40,696 nt of DNA from Actinomycetota bacterium. GTDB taxonomy: Bacteria > Actinomycetota > UBA4738. Below are positions 34,542 through 40,696 of the stretch, one piece after another. The translations under genes and the position numbers were made by a program. The stretch is from positions 1-40,696 of the forward strand of contig VAYG01000052.1 in assembly GCA_005885015.1 (NCBI GenBank). The letters are read 5' to 3'. Position 1 is the first letter of the stretch. The number at the start of each line of letters is the position of its first letter. A model generated the notes under the pieces. The model did not search any database. It was not told where the DNA came from and worked only from the letters and a program-made list of their open reading frames with translations.

Positions 34542-35610
34542 GACCGAGGGAACCACGTTCGGGCGCGCGGCTGTCTGGACGATGGCGACCATGCCGGCCA
34601 CGGCGACGGCCCCGCAGGTCCAGGCCCAGGCGACCCGGCCCGCCCCCATCATCGACTCAAGCAGAACCACGGTCAGGCCGGCCGGGATCATGGCCACGGC
34701 GAGGACGCGCAGGGTTCCCACGGCCTCGAGGTATCGGTCGCCGTAGCTGATCGACAGGAACAACCTCGGCCACACCCGCGGGGAGCAGCGCGAAGGGCAG
34801 GGCTCGGCGCAACGCAGGTCCCACCCCCGTCGTGGCCGCCCGGCGGATCGCGTACGCCGCCGCCGGGGCCTGGCTGAACAGCACGACCCGGGCCAGCGCC
34901 GCGGCCGCCGCGAAGGAGGCCGCCCGGCCGGGGCTGAGCAGGCGGACTGCGGCCACGTCGAGGAATTGCACGGTGCTGACCAGGACGAGGCCACCCGTCG
35001 CCAGCCAAACCTCGGCGGCAACTGGGGAGGAACGCGGCCGGCTGGCCCGTGGGGACAGCATGGCCTCGGTGGAGACCGCGCCGGCCGCCACTCCGAGACC
35101 CAGTCCCCAGGCCGCCCCCATCAGCCCGCCGCCCCCGGCGACCAGCGCGAGCATGAACCCCAGCCGGGCCAATCCCTCCACGACCAGGCTGGTCCCCGCC
35201 GCCCCTGATCGCCCCAGTCCGATGAGGACACCCCGGTTCCACCCCGACAGCAGGGAGATCCCCGCAGCCATGCCGAAGCAGCTCGCCGCCCTCAGAGTTG
35301 GACCGAGGGGAAGCCACGCCGCCAGTGCGAACAGCCCCGACGCTGCCAGGACGGGGCGTCGCCAGGTGGGCCTGGGCGGGGAGCCGGTCCGGGCCGCGGC
35401 CATGGCCCCCCCGCCAAGGAGGGCGGCAACCGCCCCCGACAGCGTGAGCAGCACGCTGAGAAGGGCTCCGAAGGTTGCGAAGTCGGCCGGCCCCAGGAGC
35501 CGTCCGAGCGCGGCGTTGAAGGCGAACACGAGCACGGCGGACACGCCCATCGCCGCCCCGAGCCACGCCGCTTGGACGAAGTCCCCGTCCGGAGCGCCCC
35601 TCCGAGCCAA
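34542..35610 (-). CDS. Wzx/MOP-type polysaccharide flippase-like membrane protein, frame broken at a C4 run
   Basis: About 12 hydrophobic helices. Helices 1-9 are in the frame of track ORF 34657..35736. The last three (LFLSISYGDRYLEAVGTLRVLAVAMIPAGL...) are in the frame of ORF 33354..35021. The TTG start at 35610 lies 8 nt after GGAGG. Confidence 0.6.
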
Positions 35611-35830
35611 TGGTCCCCCCTCCTGAGGCTGGTGGATTATGAGGGGCGGCCCGTCGGTCCGGCCAGTCCCGGCGCGAGGTCGCTCCGATCGATCTCGCCA
35701 TCCCATCTCAACACCGGCCGCAGTTTGTCCCTCCAAGACCCGGGTAGCATTACGAGCAACCGGCCGCCCTCAGCCTGGTCCTCGTCACGCGTGGTGAACC
35801 TCGAAAGCTTGGAATCGCCTGGATCCACCG

Positions 35831-35852
35831 GGCAGCATCCGCGGATGCTGCC
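35831..35852. promoter_or_regulatory. perfect 22-bp palindrome GGCAGCATCCG/CGGATGCTGCC enclosing the ATG of the GT87-like gene
   Basis: Read directly. The ATG at 35845-35847 lies in the right arm. Confidence 0.5.
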
Positions 35853-37284
35853 CTGGCTCGGCATCCTGTTCGCCGGCTCGGTCGCCCTCGGGGGGTGGTT
35901 CCTGATCGGGCCGTCCCTGGGTTCCGCCCCCTACTACAAGGTGGGGTGGCACCGGACGGCGTACGAGTACTCCGACCAGGTGATCCTGCTGTGCATCCCC
36001 TGGGCGCTGGCGCTCTTCGCCTGGCGCCGGGGGGCGCGCGCTCCCGTCTGGCTCCTGTTCGGGGGTGCTGTCCTGTTGCACCTTTTGGTGTTGTTCGCGC
36101 CACTCCCCCAGTCCCAGGACTTCTATCAGTACTTGTTCTACGGCCGCATGCAGGCGGTCCACGGGGCGAACCCCTTCGTCGTCAACCCGAGCACGTTCTG
36201 GGCGGACCGGTGGTTCCCATGGATCCGATGGAACAGCCAACGCAGCGTGTACGGGCCTGCATGGATCTTGCTCTCCTATTCGGTGGTCAAGGTCGCCGGC
36301 AATCACCTCGCCGTGGCCTTCGCCACCTTGAAGGTGGCCATCCTGGCCATGGACCTCGGGATCATGTCGGCGATCGTCAGCCTCTCGAGGGACCGCGACG
36401 ACCCGGAGGGCGCGGCCGGATGGGGGCTCCTGGCCTACGCGTGGAGCCCGCTGGTCCTGATCGCGGTTCCCCTCGCGGGATCCGCCGACGTCGCCGTGGC
36501 GGCGGGTTTCGTCGGCGCGCTGCTTGCCCGGCGGAGAGGAAGGGATGGGGTGGCCACCCTGCTGCTGGCCCTCGCCGCCCTGGTGAAGGTGTACGCCGTG
36601 ATCGGCATCGTCCTCCACCTGATCGTGGTGATGCGGCAGCGTGGGGTCCGCCGGGCTATTGCCCATGCCGCATTCGCGGCGGCCCTCGGGGCAGCCTTCT
36701 ACGCCCCCTACTGGGCGGGTGTCTCGACGTTCCGCGGGCTGATCGAGGCTTCCGGGATCACGAACCAGTCGCTGGCGGGGACCGTGCAGCGGACCGTGGT
36801 CACGTCGGTGCTGCACGCCCTCGGTGTCCACTACTGGTACACGGGGGCGGCGGTAGCCGTGCGGATCGCCGGGCTGGTCGCCCTGGCCGCCGTGGCGATT
36901 TGGATCATTAGGCGCTGTCGGGACGAGCGCTCGCTGTGGTGGGGAGTGCTCGTGCTCCTCACGGCCTATCTCATGCTGACGCCCTGGTTCCTCTACTGGT
37001 ACATGCTGGCTCCGCTGGCTCTGGTGGCGGCGCTGCCCCAGAATCGACTCACCTATCCGCTCCTCACGTTCGCCGCGACCGCCCTGATCACCGTGTACCT
37101 TCCATGGCCTCCCACGCTGTGGATCGTGCAGACGATCCTTCGATACGTCCCCCCGATCGCCGTGTTCGCCCTCCAGCGGAGCGACGATGTGGTCGACCTC
37201 CCTTCACGAACCGTGCAGACGGTCCTCGAGCTCCCCACGCCGCTGGGTGCGGTGCTGCCCAGAGCCACCCCCGCCGCCAAGTAG
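35845..37284 (+). CDS. GT87/DUF2029-family GT-C membrane glycosyltransferase (polyprenyl-phosphate-sugar dependent type)
   Basis: Polytopic protein. SQDFYQYLFYGRMQAVHGANPF and YGPAWILLSY resemble the D..Y......G..PY and YPP loop motifs of DUF2029 mannosyl/arabinosyl transferases. Confidence 0.7.
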   Translation: MLPWLGILFAGSVALGGWFLIGPSLGSAPYYKVGWHRTAYEYSDQVILLCIPWALALFAWRRGARAPVWLLFGGAVLLHLLVLFAPLPQSQDFYQYLFYGRMQAVHGANPFVVNPSTFWADRWFPWIRWNSQRSVYGPAWILLSYSVVKVAGNHLAVAFATLKVAILAMDLGIMSAIVSLSRDRDDPEGAAGWGLLAYAWSPLVLIAVPLAGSADVAVAAGFVGALLARRRGRDGVATLLLALAALVKVYAVIGIVLHLIVVMRQRGVRRAIAHAAFAAALGAAFYAPYWAGVSTFRGLIEASGITNQSLAGTVQRTVVTSVLHALGVHYWYTGAAVAVRIAGLVALAAVAIWIIRRCRDERSLWWGVLVLLTAYLMLTPWFLYWYMLAPLALVAALPQNRLTYPLLTFAATALITVYLPWPPTLWIVQTILRYVPPIAVFALQRSDDVVDLPSRTVQTVLELPTPLGAVLPRATPAAK

Positions 37285-37323
37285 ACTCCGGCGCCAGAAG
37301 AGCCTCGACCTGGGGAGACCTGG

Positions 37324-38124
37324 ATGACGAACGTCTTCATCTCGATCGACATGGAAGGCATCGCCGGGATTGCCCATCTCCAGCAGGTTTGGAGGGGCAG
37401 CGACGACTTCCCGGCGTCCCGGGAGCTGATGACCGGGGAAGCCAACGCCGCCGTTGCCGGCGCCTTCGACGGCGGGGCCACCGGCGTCGTGGTCAACGAC
37501 TCGCACGGCGACATGTACAACCTGCTCGCGGAGAAGCTGGATCCTCGCGCCGAGCTCGTGCTGGGGTCGCCGAAGACGCTGTCCATGATGCAGGGCTTCG
37601 GACCCGACTTCGGCGTGGCCCTGTTCATCGGGTACCACGCAGCCGCCGGTACACAGGCCGCGGTGCTCGACCACACGTACTCCGGGAGGCTGCTGTACGA
37701 GGTCCGCCTGAACGGCGAACCGGCGTCCGAAGCGGAGCTGAACGCCGCGTTCGCCGGGACGTTTGGAGTCCCAGTCGGACTGATCACCGGGGACGACAAG
37801 GCATGCGACCAGGCAGCCAAACGCCTCCCGGGGATCGCCACCGTCGTGGTGAAGGAAGGGTACGGGCGGAACGTCGAGGGCGCCCGCGGGGCGGTGATGT
37901 CGAGCGGCGAGCTCACCCCGTACCGCCCCGACCCTCCGTTCGTGATCGAAGCGGATGTGGCAACCACCAGCGCGGCCGACGTGTGCGGCCTGGCCCCTGG
38001 GACCGACCGGATCGGACCGCGCACGGTCCGGTTCCAGAGCGACGATTTCCGGGAGGCGTTCCGGTGTCTGCTCGCCTGGACGCACCTCGGCTCGGCGGAG
38101 GCGCCCCGCTACGCGGGGACGTGA
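37324..38124 (+). CDS. M55-family D-aminopeptidase (DppA-like)
   Basis: VFISIDMEGIAGI..., VVVNDSHGDM, IGYHAAAG, LDHTYSG, NAAFAGTFGVPVGLITGD. Confidence 0.85.
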   Translation: MTNVFISIDMEGIAGIAHLQQVWRGSDDFPASRELMTGEANAAVAGAFDGGATGVVVNDSHGDMYNLLAEKLDPRAELVLGSPKTLSMMQGFGPDFGVALFIGYHAAAGTQAAVLDHTYSGRLLYEVRLNGEPASEAELNAAFAGTFGVPVGLITGDDKACDQAAKRLPGIATVVVKEGYGRNVEGARGAVMSSGELTPYRPDPPFVIEADVATTSAADVCGLAPGTDRIGPRTVRFQSDDFREAFRCLLAWTHLGSAEAPRYAGT

Positions 38125-38134
38125 CCGGGGCGCG

Positions 38135-38911
38135 TTGAGCGAACCGCCCGGTTCTTCCGTCTCCCAGCACGCCCGCCACAACCGGGCGCTGTGGACCACG
38201 TACGCGGCCGAGTACGCCGAGAAGGCGCCACGTCAGTGGGCCGCCGAGGAGATCACCTGGGGGATCTGGAACATCCCGGAATCGAGGGTGGGCGTCCTGG
38301 GGGAGGTCGCCGGCCTCGACGCGATCGAGCTCGGATGCGGCACGGCCTACTTCTCCTCCTGGCTGGCCCGCCGGGGCGCCCGGCCCGTGGGTGTGGACGT
38401 CACCCCCGCCCAGCTGTCCACAGCGCGGGCCATGCAGCGCCGGTTTGGGATCGAGTTCCCGCTCGTGGAAGCCAGCGCCGAGGACGTGCCGCTTCGCGAC
38501 GGTCTCTTCGACCTCGCGCTCTCGGAGTACGGCGCGAGCATCTGGTGTGATCCCTACCGGTGGATCCCCGAGGCCTCGCGCCTCCTCCGGACCGAGGGCA
38601 GGCTCATCTTCCTGTGCAACTCCTCGATCATGATGCTGACCGGAGACGAGCTGGGTCGCGTGGGAGACCGTCTCCGGCGCGATTACTTCGGGATGCACCG
38701 GTTCGAGTGGCCGGACGACCACTCGGTGGAGTTTCATCTCGGGTACGGAGACTGGCTCCGCGTCCTGCGGGCGAACGGGTTCGTGCTGGAGGAGCTGATC
38801 GAGCTTCAGGCACCCCCGGGCGCGGTCCCGCCGCTCGAGTACATCCCTCCGGGCTGGGCCGAGCGGTGGCCCTCGGAAGAGATCTGGGGAGCCCGGAAGA
38901 CCGCCCCGTAG
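38135..38911 (+). CDS. class I SAM-dependent methyltransferase
   Basis: AIELGCGTAYFSSWLARRGARPVGVDVTPAQL, FDLALSEYGA and LLRTEGRLIF. The TTG at 38135 is the first in-frame start after the upstream stop. Confidence 0.75.
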   Translation: MSEPPGSSVSQHARHNRALWTTYAAEYAEKAPRQWAAEEITWGIWNIPESRVGVLGEVAGLDAIELGCGTAYFSSWLARRGARPVGVDVTPAQLSTARAMQRRFGIEFPLVEASAEDVPLRDGLFDLALSEYGASIWCDPYRWIPEASRLLRTEGRLIFLCNSSIMMLTGDELGRVGDRLRRDYFGMHRFEWPDDHSVEFHLGYGDWLRVLRANGFVLEELIELQAPPGAVPPLEYIPPGWAERWPSEEIWGARKTAP

Positions 38912-38932
38912 AGGGGAACGGGCGGGCCGGGG

Positions 38933-39964
38933 TCAGCGTTCGATCAGAAGCTCGGCGATCTGCACCGCGTTCAGGGCGGCGCCCTTGCGCAGGTTGTCTC
39001 CCACCGCGAAGAGCAACAGCGCGCGGTCGTCCCCGTCGGGCTGGCGGACCCGCCCGACCAGGACGTCGTCGAGCCCGGCGGCATCGAGGGGCGTTGGGTA
39101 CTGATCCCTGGCCGGATCGTCGACCACACGGAGCCCGGCCGCCCTACTCAACACTTCACGTGCCTCTTTGGGGGAGACGGGCGACTCGAACCGCCCGTAG
39201 ATGGAGACCGCATGGCCGGCCACCACGGGGACGCGGACCGCGGTGGCCGAGCAAACGAGGTCGGGGATACCGAGGACCTTGCGGACCTCGTTCCCCATCT
39301 TCAGCTCCTCGGTGGTGAAGCCCGATCCCTCCGGATCGAACCGCTCCGCGTGCGGCACGACGTTGAAGGCAATGGTCCGCCCGAACACCTCCCCGGCGGG
39401 GAGGGCCTGGGGATCGGGGCGAGTGAGCGTCTCGATCTGCTCGTGGAGCTTGTCGACCTGCTCGGCCAGCTCCCGCACGCCCTTCATCCCGCTCCCCGAC
39501 ACCGATTGATAGGAGGACGTGACCAGGAGCCGAAGTCCGAACCGCTTGTGCAGGGGCCCCAGCGCCATCAGCGCGGTGATCGCGGTGCAGTTGCCGTTGG
39601 CAACGATCCCCTTGTGACCATCGAGCGCCTCCGGGTTGATCTCGGGGATCACCACCGGTACATCGCGATCCATCCGGAACGCCGACGAGTTGTCGACGCA
39701 GACCGTCCCCGCCGCCGCGGCGGCGGGGAGGATCTGGCGGGCCACCGCGCCGCCCGCCGAGGTGAGGGCGAGGTCGACCCCCTCGAACCATCGGTCGTGG
39801 AGGGCCCGCACCACCACCTCGTCGTCCCGAAAGCCCAGACGCACGCCCTCCGATCGAGCGGAGGCGAACGCGACCAGGTCGTCCAGAGGGAATGCTCGTT
39901 CGTCCAGGATCTGGAGGATCGTCCGTCCCACCGCCCCGGTCGCCCCGACCACCGCTACACGCAT
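38933..39964 (-). CDS. asd: aspartate-semialdehyde dehydrogenase
   Basis: MRVAVVGATGAVG, VANGNCTAI (active-site Cys), SYQSVSGSG, VRVPVVAGH. Confidence 0.9.
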   Translation of the reverse strand: MRVAVVGATGAVGRTILQILDERAFPLDDLVAFASARSEGVRLGFRDDEVVVRALHDRWFEGVDLALTSAGGAVARQILPAAAAAGTVCVDNSSAFRMDRDVPVVIPEINPEALDGHKGIVANGNCTAITALMALGPLHKRFGLRLLVTSSYQSVSGSGMKGVRELAEQVDKLHEQIETLTRPDPQALPAGEVFGRTIAFNVVPHAERFDPEGSGFTTEELKMGNEVRKVLGIPDLVCSATAVRVPVVAGHAVSIYGRFESPVSPKEAREVLSRAAGLRVVDDPARDQYPTPLDAAGLDDVLVGRVRQPDGDDRALLLFAVGDNLRKGAALNAVQIAELLIER

Positions 39965-40032
39965 GGAGCCATCCTACGAGGCCGGGGTCGGCTCCCCGGG
40001 AACCATCCGAAACTCGAGGACTCCGCTTCGGT

Positions 40033-40696
40033 TCAGGCGTGCTCGCGGGCTCCGCCGCCGTCTCCGCCGAGGTCGAATCTTCCGTGGACGGCCCGGACGG
40101 CCCGGTCGGCGTCCGCGGCGCGGACCACGCAGGAGATGCGGATCGAGGAGGTGGAGATCATCTCGATGTTGATCTCCTCCCGGGCCAGGGCGATGCCGTC
40201 ATCGACGGTATGTCCCGATCCGCCGACTTCCTTCACCACCCGTTCCACGACCGCGGCGATCCTACTCAGGTCCCCCTTCGGCACCAGGAAGGACACGTCG
40301 GCCCTGCCGCCTCGAGCCGCGTTCTGCACGATCATGTCCACGCCGGCTCCTTCGTCGGCGACCGCACGGAAGATTGCCGCGACGATCCCCGGCTGGTCGG
40401 GGACGTCCTCGATGGTTATCTTCGCCTCGGAGTCGTCCGCGGCCACGCCCGAGATGATGGCCTGCTCCATCCGAACGTCCTCCTCCGTGATCCACGTGCC
40501 GGCCTCGTCGGTGAACGACGACCGGACGTGGACCTTCACTGCGTGCGTCCGAGCGTACTCCACCGAACGGAGCTGGAGGACCTTGGCGCCCGACGCCGCC
40601 AGTTCGAGCATCTCCTCATAGGAGACAGCATGGAGCTTCCGCGCTTCGGGGACGATCCGGGGATCAGCCGTGAACACGCCCGGCACGTCGGTGTAG
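40033..40696 (-). CDS. ask: aspartate kinase, C-terminal part (N-terminus beyond the right edge)
   Basis: YTDVPGVFTADPRIVP, SYEEMLELAASGAKVLQLRSVEYA, then two ACT domains (GVAADDSEAKITIEDVPDQPGIVAAIF..., ISCVV). It lies directly upstream of asd, as in actinobacterial ask-asd operons. Confidence 0.9.
   Translation of the reverse strand, partial: YTDVPGVFTADPRIVPEARKLHAVSYEEMLELAASGAKVLQLRSVEYARTHAVKVHVRSSFTDEAGTWITEEDVRMEQAIISGVAADDSEAKITIEDVPDQPGIVAAIFRAVADEGAGVDMIVQNAARGGRADVSFLVPKGDLSRIAAVVERVVKEVGGSGHTVDDGIALAREEINIEMISTSSIRISCVVRAADADRAVRAVHGRFDLGGDGGGAREHA

Noticed and set aside
35637-35864. A 75-aa reverse-strand ORF filling the 234-bp flippase/GT87 intergenic region.
   Set aside because: It has no start-site signal, a low-complexity charged sequence and no hydrophobic or domain pattern. 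It overlaps the GT87 start and the palindrome, so it is more likely non-coding regulatory DNA.
1-40696. A scan for CRISPR-like spaced repeats, IS/transposase ends, toxin-antitoxin pairs or known defence genes.
   Set aside because: I found none by eye. The only repeats are the 17-bp tandem at 3120-3153 and the short palindromes and hairpins listed above. A computational repeat search would be needed to exclude diverged repeats.

Overview
Very GC-rich chromosomal segment that I assign to Actinomycetota, because it carries two WhiB-family genes and a gene order recalled from M. tuberculosis Rv3676-Rv3683: crp-like regulator, MBL hydrolase, RidA, Get3/ArsA-like ATPase, whiB4-like gene, class A PBP with PASTA domains, metallophosphoesterase. 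There are about 39 protein genes and one tRNA-Pro(CGG). I saw no CRISPR array, IS element, integrase, prophage or recognisable defence genes. Left to right: (i) a UvrD-like helicase (partial), a small hypothetical and a DehI-family protein; (ii) the crp/MBL pair followed by an apparent block of MidA/NDUFAF7-family methyltransferase, an orphan divergent nuoD, and ABM-selA-selB (selenocysteine machinery); (iii) RidA, WhiB, NfeD protease, a single-polypeptide fusion of two Get3/ArsA-like ATPases, a second WhiB, PBP, YqeY and a metallophosphoesterase; (iv) a roughly 17 kb cell-envelope glycan locus holding GT4, methyltransferases, a NodU/CmcH carbamoyltransferase, an AftD-like GT-C with discoidin domains, DUF3068, a large polytopic membrane protein, an orphan secreted protein, a DUF2613-like mini-protein, a Wzx-like flippase, a second GT4 and a GT87/DUF2029 GT-C, interrupted by tRNA-Pro and a stand-alone rpsD; (v) a DppA-type M55 peptidase, a methyltransferase and asd-ask. 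The observations I rate highest are the MidA/NDUFAF7-like gene lying tail-to-tail with a monocistronic NuoD paralogue that carries Trp at the quinone-ligand Tyr position, the fused Get3-like ATPase, the carbamoyltransferase-containing AftD-type glycan locus, and three AT-rich or perfectly palindromic candidate operators. Caveat: three genes are broken by what look like 1-nt insertions in C/G homopolymers. This suggests indel errors in the assembly rather than three true pseudogenes, so start and frame calls elsewhere should be treated cautiously. All family assignments come from reading the translations by eye; no searches were run.
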